A DNA stretch of 64,000 bases from assembly GCA_040255345.1 (NCBI GenBank), contig JBDZUV010000001.1, positions 920-64,919 of the forward strand, given 5' to 3'. The position numbers and the translations under genes are program-made. This stretch comes from Actinomycetota bacterium (lineage in GTDB: Bacteria > Actinomycetota > Acidimicrobiia > Acidimicrobiales > Iamiaceae). Positions 37,080 through 45,801 of the stretch are shown here, piece after piece (within the stretch, counting starts at the first letter, position 1; the number at the start of each line of letters is the position of its first letter). The notes under the pieces were generated by a model. It was given only the letters and a program-made list of their open reading frames with translations, was not told the DNA's origin and did not search any database.

Positions 37080-38201
37080 ATGTTGCGATCACGGTCACGG
37101 CGCCACGTCGGACGGGCGGTCCCATCGCTGCTGCTCGCCGGGCTCGTGGCCGCGACGGTCACGCCGCTCGGCGGCGCGTCGCCTGCGCCCGGACCCGGCA
37201 ACCCGTGGCTGCAACGACGCATCGCGGCGGCCGCTCACGCCGGAGGCGAGGACGAGAACCCGCAGGAGACGTTGTTCGCCTTCGGTCGTGCCGCCGAGGC
37301 CGGGGTGCCGATCCTCGACATGGATGTGCAACTCAGCGCCGACGACGTGCCCGTGGTGATCCACGACGACACGGTCGACCGCACCACCAATGGCACCGGA
37401 GCGGTCCACTCGATGACCGCCGCGCAGCTCAACGCCCTCGACGCCGCGTACTGGTACTCCGCGGACTGTGCGGCGTGCCACGACCGCCCCGCGTCGGCCT
37501 ACCTCTACCGGGGGGTTCGCGGCGGGGCCGTCGCGCCGCCGGCAGGGTACTCGGCCGCCGATTTCGGTGTGCCGACGCTCGAGCAGGTCTTCGAACGCTT
37601 CGGTGACGCCTATTTCTCGATCGAGATCAAGGACGACGCCGCGGACGTGACCCTGCTCGCCCGCAAGACCGCCGAACTGATCCACCGGTACGGCCTGGCC
37701 TCACGCGTCGTGGTCTCCTCGTTCGGGGGCCCGGGCATGCCGGCCTTCCGGTCGGCGGCACCCGACGTGGCGACCAGCGCGACCCTGGACGAGGTCCAGG
37801 ACTTCTTTCTCTCCAACAAGGTGCCCACCGACGCCCAGGTGCTCGACGTGCCACCGTTCTACGACCTGAACGGCACGAAGATCACCGTCGTCAGCCCGGA
37901 TTTCGTACAGCGTGCCCACGCTGCGGGTCTCGCCGTGTGGGTCTGGATGGATTCCAAGGACGAACAGAACGCGACGTTCTACCAGCAGCTGCTCGACATG
38001 GGCGTCGACGGACTGAACGTGTCGCGCCCCGCGGTGCTGATGCAACTGCTCGCCCGGCGCGGTGACGCCTGGGATCCGAACGCCCCACCCACCACGACGA
38101 CCACGACCCCGACCGCCCCGACGTCGGTCACCACGACGCCGTCCGCGCCGGCTCCCGGCGCGGCCCGGCCGGTGCCGGCGACGCCTGCCTACACCGGCTG
38201 A
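37080..38201 (+). CDS. Secreted glycerophosphodiester phosphodiesterase with Thr/Pro-rich C-terminal tail
   Basis: Track ORF. It has a signal-like N-terminus (RRHVGRAVPSLLLAGLVAATVTPLGGA). GDPD motifs are AHAGGEDENPQETL, DMDVQLSADDVPVVIHDDTVDRTTNGTG and SIEIK. The tail reads PPTTTTTTPTAPTSVTTTPSAPAPG. Confidence 0.85.
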   Translation: MLRSRSRRHVGRAVPSLLLAGLVAATVTPLGGASPAPGPGNPWLQRRIAAAAHAGGEDENPQETLFAFGRAAEAGVPILDMDVQLSADDVPVVIHDDTVDRTTNGTGAVHSMTAAQLNALDAAYWYSADCAACHDRPASAYLYRGVRGGAVAPPAGYSAADFGVPTLEQVFERFGDAYFSIEIKDDAADVTLLARKTAELIHRYGLASRVVVSSFGGPGMPAFRSAAPDVATSATLDEVQDFFLSNKVPTDAQVLDVPPFYDLNGTKITVVSPDFVQRAHAAGLAVWVWMDSKDEQNATFYQQLLDMGVDGLNVSRPAVLMQLLARRGDAWDPNAPPTTTTTTPTAPTSVTTTPSAPAPGAARPVPATPAYTG

Positions 38202-38210
38202 GACGGACCG

Positions 38211-38972
38211 GTGCCTGCCAGCGCGTGGCCCGTGTTGGACCGACCCGGGCCGTTGGCGTTCGCCCACCGCGGCGGTGCCGGCGACTGGCCCGAGAACTCG
38301 ATGCCCGCGTTCGAGCACGCGGTCGGGCTCGGTTATCACTACGTCGAGACCGACGTCCACGTCACCAGCGACGGGGTGTTGCTCGCCTTTCACGACGACC
38401 ATCTCGACCGGGTCACCGACGGCACCGGCGCCATCGCGGATCTCGACTACGCGACGGTGAGCCGCGCTCGCATCGACGGACGTGAACCGATCCCCCTGCT
38501 CGAGGACATCCTCGGCACCTGGCCCGATCTGCGGGTCAACATCGACCCGAAACACGACGAGTGCGTCGACGCGCTCGCCGAGGTCATCACGCGGACCGAC
38601 AGTCTCGACCGGGTCTGTGTCGGCGCGTTCAGTGACCGCCGCCTGGCGCGCCTGCGCTCGATGCTCGGCCCAGACCTGTGCACCGCACTCGGGCCGCGGG
38701 GCGTCGCCCGGCTGCGCGCCGCGTCGTGGCGCATTCCGACGGCCCGGCCACACGCCGGCTGCGCGCAGGTCCCGCGGTCCATGGGCGGTGTCCGGATCGT
38801 GGACGAGGCGTTCCTCCACGCCGCACACGAGCGCGGCCTCCAGGTGCACGTCTGGACGATCGACGACCCAGAAGAGATGCACGAGCTCCTCGATCTCGGC
38901 GTCGACGGAATCATGACCGACCGACCCGGGGTGCTGCGCGACGTGCTCGTGGCCCGGCACGAGTGGACCTGA
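38211..38972 (+). CDS. Cytoplasmic glycerophosphodiester phosphodiesterase
   Basis: Track ORF with a GTG start. Motifs are AHRGGAGDWPENSMPAF, ETDVHVTSDGVLLAFHDDHLDRVTDGTG and VHVWTIDD. Confidence 0.85.
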   Translation: MPASAWPVLDRPGPLAFAHRGGAGDWPENSMPAFEHAVGLGYHYVETDVHVTSDGVLLAFHDDHLDRVTDGTGAIADLDYATVSRARIDGREPIPLLEDILGTWPDLRVNIDPKHDECVDALAEVITRTDSLDRVCVGAFSDRRLARLRSMLGPDLCTALGPRGVARLRAASWRIPTARPHAGCAQVPRSMGGVRIVDEAFLHAAHERGLQVHVWTIDDPEEMHELLDLGVDGIMTDRPGVLRDVLVARHEWT

Positions 38973-38999
38973 CCGACGCCCTCCCGCGCCGTCGACGAT

Positions 39000-39848
39000 T
39001 CAGGGGTCGATGAACACCGGGTCGCGCTTCTCGAGGTACGCCATCGTGGCCTCGACCTGGTTCGGGCTGCCGATGAGCCCCTCCATCAGCCGGGACTCCT
39101 CCTGGTAGGACACGGCCAACGGGCGGGACGAGGCCGCGTTGCACAGCGCCTTCATGCCACGGATCGCATGCGGGTTCTTCCCGGCGATCTCGCGGGCCAA
39201 CGCCATGGCCTCGGCGCGCGGATCGTCGCTGACGCGCGTGGCGACGCCCAACTCCGCGGCTTCGCTCCCGCTCAGGATCCGGCCCGTGAACGCGAGTTCC
39301 TTCACCACGTCCAGGCCGACCAGCCGCACGAGCTGGGGAATGCCGGTCATGTCGGGCAGCAACCCCCAGCGGATCTCCAACACCGACCACTTCGCGTCGG
39401 GGGCGGTGAGCCGGATGTCGGCGCCGAGCGCGATCTGCAGGCCGCCACCGAACACCACGCCGTGACAGGCGGCGATCACCGGCACGGCGAGCGCACTCCA
39501 CTGGTGGGCGACCTGTTGATACACGTTCGTGATGTGCCCGTCCATCCGCTCCGCGATCGGTCCGGCCACCGTGGCGAAGTGTGCGTACGCGTCGGCGAAC
39601 TCGGGATCGGGTTCGCCGAGCGAACCCCCGGCGATCGCGCCGAGGCTGGCCGCGTCCAGACCGGCACAGAAGGCCCGTCCCTGTCCCGAGAGGACGACGG
39701 CCCGCACCGAGCGGTCCGCGGCGAGCTGCTCGCCCGCTCGCAGGATGCCGTCCAGCATCGGGGTGTCCAGCGCATTCAGCTTGTCCGGTCGGGCGAGTCG
39801 GACATCCGCGACGCCTTCATCGACCGAGATCGTCACTCTGGGAGCCAT
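39000..39848 (-). CDS. Enoyl-CoA hydratase/isomerase (crotonase) family
   Basis: Track ORF 39000..40451 trimmed to ATG 39848 (MAPRVTISVDEGVADVRLARPDKLNAL). Features are GQGRAFCAGLD and ACHGVVFGGGLQIALGADIR. Confidence 0.85.
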   Translation of the reverse strand: MAPRVTISVDEGVADVRLARPDKLNALDTPMLDGILRAGEQLAADRSVRAVVLSGQGRAFCAGLDAASLGAIAGGSLGEPDPEFADAYAHFATVAGPIAERMDGHITNVYQQVAHQWSALAVPVIAACHGVVFGGGLQIALGADIRLTAPDAKWSVLEIRWGLLPDMTGIPQLVRLVGLDVVKELAFTGRILSGSEAAELGVATRVSDDPRAEAMALAREIAGKNPHAIRGMKALCNAASSRPLAVSYQEESRLMEGLIGSPNQVEATMAYLEKRDPVFIDP

Positions 39849-39888
39849 CGGCACAGTCTGGCCCAACACGGCGTGACCTGCCATCCTG

Positions 39889-41184
39889 GTGGCCACCGTG
39901 TCTCCCGATTCCGCGCGAAGAGCCACGACCCCGAGCAAGCGACGGCGCACGAGATTCCGTGGCGGACCGGCCCCGCGTTGGGCGGCGCTCACGGCCTCCG
40001 TGCTCATCGTCGCGGTCGGCGCTGCGCCGAGGGCGGCCGCCGAACCGCCCGACGCGGCACCGACCGCAGGGGTGCGTGCGGCGCACATCTCCGCCGACCT
40101 CGCCGACATTCCCGTGACGGGTGCGGGGTACGAGCGGGCCGTCGCCGCGACCGACCGGGCACAGGCGACCCTCGAAGCCGACGAGACCCGGCTGCGCGAG
40201 GCGACCGAGCGCATCGCCTCGCTCACCGCCGAGCGGGCGCGCCTCGAGCGCGCCATCGAAACGGACGACGCGATCAAGGCCGAAGCCGACCGCAGGATCA
40301 CGACGCTGCGCACCCGATTGCGGCACCTGGCGCTCCAGGCGTACGTCGGCGCGGACGATCGTTCGTCGACCGGGGCGGCGCTCACCCTCGACACCGAGGT
40401 CTTTCTCGAGGCACGGACGTCGGTGACCCTGCGACGGGCGGTCACCCACACGAGCCATGAACGCTATGTGCGTCAGGTCGCGGTGTCGGCGGCCGCAGGC
40501 AGGCGTCTCGACGTGAACCGGGCGGCGCTGGTGCGTGCGATCGCGGACCTGGCGTCTCGGGCTGCCGAGGCCGACGACGCGCGGCGGGCGATCGCGCGCG
40601 ACCGGAACCTGCTCGCGGACAGCCTCGTCCGGCTCCGTGACGCCCGGGCGGTCGCCTTCGTCGCGGGAACCGATCTGCCGCTCGTCGCCCTCGACGCGTA
40701 CGTCCACGCCGCCCGGATCGCGCAATTCGAGACACCGGGGTGCCATCTGCACTGGTCGCTGCTCGCGGGCATCGGCGAGGTCGAGTCCGGCCAGGGGACC
40801 CACGGAGGCGCCTCGGTGCGACCCGATGGCACGCTGACCCGGCCGATCACCGGGATCCCGCTGGACGGAACCAATGGCACCGAGACCATCCTGGACCCGA
40901 ACGGCGGCCACATGCGCGCCCAGGGACCGATGCAGTTCCTGCCCTCCACCTGGGCGAGCGTCGCGATCGACGGCGACGACGACGACCGGACCGACATCCA
41001 GAATCTCTACGACGCTGCGGCATCGGCGGGTGCCTACCTGTGTCGCAACGGCGTCGACCTGGCGACCGCGGCCGGCACGCGCCGCGCGATCCTGTCGTAC
41101 AACTTCAGCGGTGACTACGTCGGCAAGGTCATCGCTGCGCAGCAGCGCTATGCGGACGCGCTGCCCAACGTGCCGCCCGTGTGA
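39889..41184 (+). CDS. Secreted/membrane-anchored lytic transglycosylase-domain protein with coiled-coil N-terminal region
   Basis: Track ORF. It has a hydrophobic anchor (WAALTASVLIVAVGAAP) and a heptad-like region (LREATERIASLTAERARLERAIE). The C-terminal part carries LLAGIGEVESGQG and AQGPMQFLPSTW. Confidence 0.75.
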   Translation: MATVSPDSARRATTPSKRRRTRFRGGPAPRWAALTASVLIVAVGAAPRAAAEPPDAAPTAGVRAAHISADLADIPVTGAGYERAVAATDRAQATLEADETRLREATERIASLTAERARLERAIETDDAIKAEADRRITTLRTRLRHLALQAYVGADDRSSTGAALTLDTEVFLEARTSVTLRRAVTHTSHERYVRQVAVSAAAGRRLDVNRAALVRAIADLASRAAEADDARRAIARDRNLLADSLVRLRDARAVAFVAGTDLPLVALDAYVHAARIAQFETPGCHLHWSLLAGIGEVESGQGTHGGASVRPDGTLTRPITGIPLDGTNGTETILDPNGGHMRAQGPMQFLPSTWASVAIDGDDDDRTDIQNLYDAAASAGAYLCRNGVDLATAAGTRRAILSYNFSGDYVGKVIAAQQRYADALPNVPPV

Positions 41185-42083
41185 CCCTCGAGCGGACCGG
41201 CCGCGGTGATCGCGGGCAACTGAGCGGAGGTTCCCGGTGTGGTCGGGATACCCACTCCGGCGGCCTCCGCCCGACGCCGGTAACGGGCTGCCTCGTCGGG
41301 ACGACCCATGGTCTCCAGAAGCGTCGAGACGTTCGCGTCGCATTCGGCCGCGCTGATCAGCGCCTGGCACTCGACGAACCGGTGGCGGGCGACGGCGAAC
41401 CGACGGCCCGCGTCCTCGAGGCGGTTGCCGTCGTAGAAGACGACCCCCAGATTCTGGTCACACGAGGCCGCCTCTTCGGGCATGTCGATCGCCAGGAAGA
41501 TGTCGCGTGCCTCGGTGAGGTATTCGATCGCGTCGTCCAGGGCCCCCAGGTCGTGCAGCACGAATCCGAGGTTGTGGTCGCTGGCCGCGACGCCGACCCG
41601 GTCACGCATGCCCAGGAACGCCTCGCGTGCCGCGACGAAGCCGCTCACGGCTTCGTCCGCGTGCCCGAGGTCCGCGAGCAGGACGGCACGGTCGTGGCGC
41701 AGGGTCGTGAGCTCCTGCTCGGGCGCGATGCCGTCGAGGAGGGTGATCGCGTCGGTCTGGGCGTCCAGGGCCTCGGTGTACCGCCGCGGGGTGCGGAGCA
41801 ATCCGGATCTGCTGGCGAGGAGGCGCCCGCGTGTCGCCGGCGCGGCATCGGCGTCGACGGCCGCCAACACGTCGTCGACGAATCGCAGCGCGGTCGACCA
41901 GCGCCCTGCGGTGACCAGCGGGCCGACGGCGCGTCCGACGAGACTGGTCGCCGTCCGGATGGCGCCGACGTCGAGCGCAGCGTCGAGGGCTCCGGTGAGC
42001 AGCGCCACGGCCTCGTCGACGCGCGCGGCGTCGATCAGTGATCGGAACGTCTCGGCGGTTCTTCGGGGGTCGTTCATCGACAT
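41148..42083 (-). CDS. Tetratricopeptide-repeat protein
   Basis: Track ORF. It has repeated A-x-x-x-Y/F...A...LG-type 34-mers (for example NLGFVLHDLGALDDAIEYLTEARDIF and NLGVVFYDGNRLEDAGRRFAVA). It overlaps the transglycosylase 3' end convergently by 37 nt. Confidence 0.7.
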   Translation of the reverse strand: MSMNDPRRTAETFRSLIDAARVDEAVALLTGALDAALDVGAIRTATSLVGRAVGPLVTAGRWSTALRFVDDVLAAVDADAAPATRGRLLASRSGLLRTPRRYTEALDAQTDAITLLDGIAPEQELTTLRHDRAVLLADLGHADEAVSGFVAAREAFLGMRDRVGVAASDHNLGFVLHDLGALDDAIEYLTEARDIFLAIDMPEEAASCDQNLGVVFYDGNRLEDAGRRFAVARHRFVECQALISAAECDANVSTLLETMGRPDEAARYRRRAEAAGVGIPTTPGTSAQLPAITAAGPLEGHTGGTLGSASA

Positions 42084-42174
42084 GGGACGAGTGGAATTCT
42101 AGGAAGTCGCCAGGTCAGCCGCCCACTCACGGGAACGCGGCGTGGTGGCGAGGTGGCGGAACGTGACCGGTCGT

Positions 42175-42203
42175 TTGACACTCCGGCGCGACCGTTCTAC
42201 CGT
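42175..42203 (+). promoter_or_regulatory. Candidate promoter for the ABC importer operon
   Basis: TTGACA (42175-42180), a 17-nt spacer, then TACCGT (42198-42203, fits TANNNT). This would give a leader of about 180 nt before GTG 42387. Confidence 0.3.
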
Positions 42204-42386
42204 GCCAGCTTTCACAGGCACGGGTAAAGGGGCGTCGCACGTCACCGGGCCGGATGACCACGGGACCACTTGCGACACCGGTCCGCACGAGTACATTCAG
42301 GGGATCAACCGACACATGCGCTACCAGCAGCCCAGACTTCACCCCGCACCGGCCGGGTGTCGTCGGCAATTCCGGGATCGGCCCGC

Positions 42387-43469
42387 GTGAGACTCACCCG
42401 ACAGATCAGTTTCAAACTGCTGCGCCTCGTCGGCGCGGTGTTCGCCGTCTCGCTTCTGACCTTCCTGTTGGCCCACAAGATTCCGGGCGATCCGACGGCG
42501 ATCATCCTCCAGGACAAGGTCAACCAGATGGTCCCCTGTGGGGACGCACTGCTGGGTCAGCCGGTCGACTGCTCGGAGTTGTCCGACAGTGTGCTCCACC
42601 CACGGGGCACCGAAGCTCCCGGCGCGATCGTGTCGGTGTGTAAAGCCGACGAGTGCGTCATCGCCAGCGACGCGCTGCGCCACCAGCTCGACCTCGACGA
42701 GCCGATCCTCACCCAGTACCTCCACTGGCTGGGCAACGCCTTGCAGGGTGACTTCGGTGTCACCTACGACACCCAACCCCAGCCGGTTTGGCCGCAGATC
42801 GCCGAGGCGATCCCCCCGACCCTCGAGCTGATGATCATGGCGATGATCCTGTCGTTGGTCATCGCCATCCCGCTCGGCATCTACGGTGCCTACCGGGAAC
42901 ATCGCGTCGGAGACCGGATCCTGACGACCGGCAGCTTCCTGTTCGTGGCGATTCCGAACTTCGTGCTGGCGATCTTCCTGATCATCATCTTCGTCACCTG
43001 GTTCGGCATGGTCCAGTCGGTGTACTCGCCTTGGAGTGAGGGCATCGGCAAGAACCTGTCGACCTTGGCGATACCGGCGGTCGCGCTCGCCATGGGCATG
43101 GCCGCGGTCTACCAACGACTACTGCGGTCCGACATGATCGCCACGCTCCAGGAGGACTTCATCCTCATGGCCCGGGCGAAGGGCCTCCCCACCTGGCGCA
43201 TCCTGACCCGCCACGCACTCCGACCTTCGTCGTTCTCGTTGTTGACCGTGTTCGGCATCAACGTCGGCACGCTCATCGGTGGCACCGTCATCATGGAGGT
43301 GATGTTCTCGATCCCGGGCATCGGCAAGCTGGTCACGAAGAGCATCTACGTCCGGAACTATCCGACCATCCAGGCTGTGGTGGTGCTCATCGCGGTGGTC
43401 TACGTCGCCGTGAACGTGCTCACCGACATCTGCTACAGCCTCCTCGACCCGCGGATCCGACATGCCTGA
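42387..43469 (+). CDS. Opp/Dpp-type ABC transporter permease (DppB-like) with enlarged Cys-containing loop
   Basis: Track ORF 42270..43469 trimmed to GTG 42387 (VRLTRQISFKLLRLVGAVFAV...). Features are IPGDP...LDLDEPILTQYLHWLGNALQGDFG and an EAA-like LMARAKGLP. Confidence 0.85.
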   Translation: MRLTRQISFKLLRLVGAVFAVSLLTFLLAHKIPGDPTAIILQDKVNQMVPCGDALLGQPVDCSELSDSVLHPRGTEAPGAIVSVCKADECVIASDALRHQLDLDEPILTQYLHWLGNALQGDFGVTYDTQPQPVWPQIAEAIPPTLELMIMAMILSLVIAIPLGIYGAYREHRVGDRILTTGSFLFVAIPNFVLAIFLIIIFVTWFGMVQSVYSPWSEGIGKNLSTLAIPAVALAMGMAAVYQRLLRSDMIATLQEDFILMARAKGLPTWRILTRHALRPSSFSLLTVFGINVGTLIGGTVIMEVMFSIPGIGKLVTKSIYVRNYPTIQAVVVLIAVVYVAVNVLTDICYSLLDPRIRHA

Positions 43470-44541
43470 AACCACCTCACTCGCCCAACTGGATCCGGTC
43501 GGACCCGTCGACGGCGCCGTCGATCTCGACGACCTCGTCGTGACCGGTGGCCGCAAGAAGACGGGGATGGGTTTCACCTTCTGGCTCGCCATCGGTTGGA
43601 TCGGGCTGGTCGTGTTCGGTGCGGTGTTCCAACCGCTCCTTCCGCTGCAGTCCACCACCAAGCCGGATGCCTGCTCGACGTACGCGGCGACGATGGAGAA
43701 CTACGGCATCAGCGGCACCGCCGCCCAGCTCTACGGCAACGCGCAGGCGGACACCCCCCAGCAGGCCCAGCAGATGGCCGACCAGGGAGTCACCCCGTCA
43801 CCGGAATCGGTCGCTTCGTGCCCCAACCCGACCCTCGATTCGAAGACCAACGCCTACCCCAGCGCGAAGCACTGGCTGGGAACCGACTCGGCGGGGCGTG
43901 ACACGTTCTCCCGGATCGTGTCGGGTGCGCAGGTCGCCCTGCTCGTGGGCGTGGTCGCCGTCGGCGTGGGCATGCTGCTGGGGACGCTCATCGGCATGAT
44001 CGCCGGGTACTTCCGGGGGGCGACCGAAGGCATCATGATGACGGTGGTGGACATCGCCCTCGCCTTCCCCGCCCTGATCCTGGCGATCGCCATCGTGGCG
44101 TTCCGCGGGCAGTCACTGTTCAACGTGTGCTTCGCGATCGCGGTCGTGGCGACGCCCGGGTTCGCGCGTCTCTCGCGCAGCGCCGCACTCACGTTCTCCG
44201 AACGTGAGTTCGTCATGGCGGCACGGGTGATGGGGGCCTCACACCGGCGCATCATCTTCCGCGAGTTGCTGCCGAACGTCGCGCTGCCGGTCATCGCGTT
44301 CTATCTGCTCGCGGTGGCGATCGCGATCGTCGCCGAGGGCGGCCTGGCCTTCCTGGGGCTGTCGGTTCCGCCGCCTCGACCCAGTTGGGGCACGATGATC
44401 CAAGATGGCTACAACGTGATCAACGACTCGCCGTTCGTCGTGATGGTGCCATCGATGGTGATGTTCATCACGGTGCTGGCGTTCAACTACATCGGCGACC
44501 GGTTCCGGGAACGCTTCGACGTGAAAGAGGCCGCACTGTGA
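43462..44541 (+). CDS. Opp/Dpp-type ABC transporter permease (DppC-like) with enlarged N-terminal loop
   Basis: Track ORF overlapping the upstream permease by 8 nt. Features are HWLGTDSAGRDTFSRIVSGA and MAARVMGASHRRIIFRELLPN. Confidence 0.85.
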   Translation: MPETTSLAQLDPVGPVDGAVDLDDLVVTGGRKKTGMGFTFWLAIGWIGLVVFGAVFQPLLPLQSTTKPDACSTYAATMENYGISGTAAQLYGNAQADTPQQAQQMADQGVTPSPESVASCPNPTLDSKTNAYPSAKHWLGTDSAGRDTFSRIVSGAQVALLVGVVAVGVGMLLGTLIGMIAGYFRGATEGIMMTVVDIALAFPALILAIAIVAFRGQSLFNVCFAIAVVATPGFARLSRSAALTFSEREFVMAARVMGASHRRIIFRELLPNVALPVIAFYLLAVAIAIVAEGGLAFLGLSVPPPRPSWGTMIQDGYNVINDSPFVVMVPSMVMFITVLAFNYIGDRFRERFDVKEAAL

Positions 44542-45800
44542 GTCCGGAAGTGTCGACGAAGGCGCCCAAGACCGGGTTGGCGTCACTGGGTCTCGATCCG
44601 AAGCCGAACGCACCGCTGCTCGAGATCGAAGACCTGCGCACCCATTTCGAGCTCGCGAACGGCACCGTCCACGCCGTGGACGGCGTGTCGCTCCAGGTGC
44701 ACCGCCGCACCACGCTCGGCATCGTGGGCGAGTCCGGGTCGGGAAAGACCGTGCTGAGCCGTTCCGCGATGGGACTGCTCCAGGCGGCCAATCTCGCTCA
44801 GAGCGGCGAGGTGCGCTACCAGGGCCACGACATCGTCGGCATGCCCGAGAAGCAGCGGCGTCGGCTGTGGGGCACCGAGATGGCGATGGTGTTCCAAGAC
44901 CCGATGACCTCGCTCAACCCGGTCATGAAGATCGGGCAACAGATCACCGAGTCGTTGCGCTACCACCTGGGGATGTCCAAGTCGGAGGCGCGGGAAACCG
45001 CACTTGCCGGGTTGCGGGCGGTCGGAATTCCTGCCGCGGAGCAACGGATCGACGAGTACCCCCACCAGCTTTCTGGCGGGATGCGTCAGCGGGTCACGAT
45101 CGCGGTGGCGCTCGCGTGTGGTCCCAAGCTGTTGTTCGCGGACGAACCGACGACGGCCCTCGACGTCACCGTCCAGGCCCAGATCCTGGACCTGTTGGAT
45201 CACCAACGGCGTGAACGCAACATGGGCATGATCTTGGTCACCCACGACCTGGGTGTGGTCGCCGGTCGCGCCGACGTGGTCGCCGTGATGTACGCCGGCC
45301 AGGTCGTCGAGCTCGCTCCGACCGAAGAGCTGTTCACGCACGTGCGCATGCCCTACACCGAAGCGCTGCTGCAGGCGATCCCGAAGCTGAACCAGCCGAG
45401 CCACACGAAATTGAACGTGATCAGTGGTCGGCCACCGGATCTGATCCGGCCGCCGAAGGGTTGCCGCTTCGCCCCGCGCTGCCCCTATGCCCAGCCCAAG
45501 TGCATCGCCGAAGCCCCGCCGTTGGTGGAGTCGTCGACGCCGGGCCATTTCTACCGCTGCTGGTTCCCGGTGAACACCTCGGCCGACGATGCCCCGGTGA
45601 ACGGTAACCACCAGGACACGAAGAACCAGGCGGGACACGCCGAGACGACGGCCTCGCCGCTGGTCGGCAGCCAGCAGGGCACGGCGAGCCAGGCGGGCGG
45701 TGTCGAGGTGGCCACTGCGGCGTCCGCCACGGTGACCGACCACCAGATCTTCCCGGTCGAATCCGGCGCCACCGATGACACCGACGACGTGAAGGATTGA
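44538..45800 (+). CDS. Oligopeptide/dipeptide-type ABC ATPase (DppD/OppD-like) with about 75-aa low-complexity tail
   Basis: Track ORF 44385..45800 trimmed to GTG 44538 (GTGA overlap with the permease stop). It has Walker A GESGSGKT, signature LSGGMRQR, Walker B LLFADEPTTALD and the oligopeptide C-terminal CRFAPRCPYA. Confidence 0.9.
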   Translation: MSPEVSTKAPKTGLASLGLDPKPNAPLLEIEDLRTHFELANGTVHAVDGVSLQVHRRTTLGIVGESGSGKTVLSRSAMGLLQAANLAQSGEVRYQGHDIVGMPEKQRRRLWGTEMAMVFQDPMTSLNPVMKIGQQITESLRYHLGMSKSEARETALAGLRAVGIPAAEQRIDEYPHQLSGGMRQRVTIAVALACGPKLLFADEPTTALDVTVQAQILDLLDHQRRERNMGMILVTHDLGVVAGRADVVAVMYAGQVVELAPTEELFTHVRMPYTEALLQAIPKLNQPSHTKLNVISGRPPDLIRPPKGCRFAPRCPYAQPKCIAEAPPLVESSTPGHFYRCWFPVNTSADDAPVNGNHQDTKNQAGHAETTASPLVGSQQGTASQAGGVEVATAASATVTDHQIFPVESGATDDTDDVKD

Positions 45801-45801
45801 G

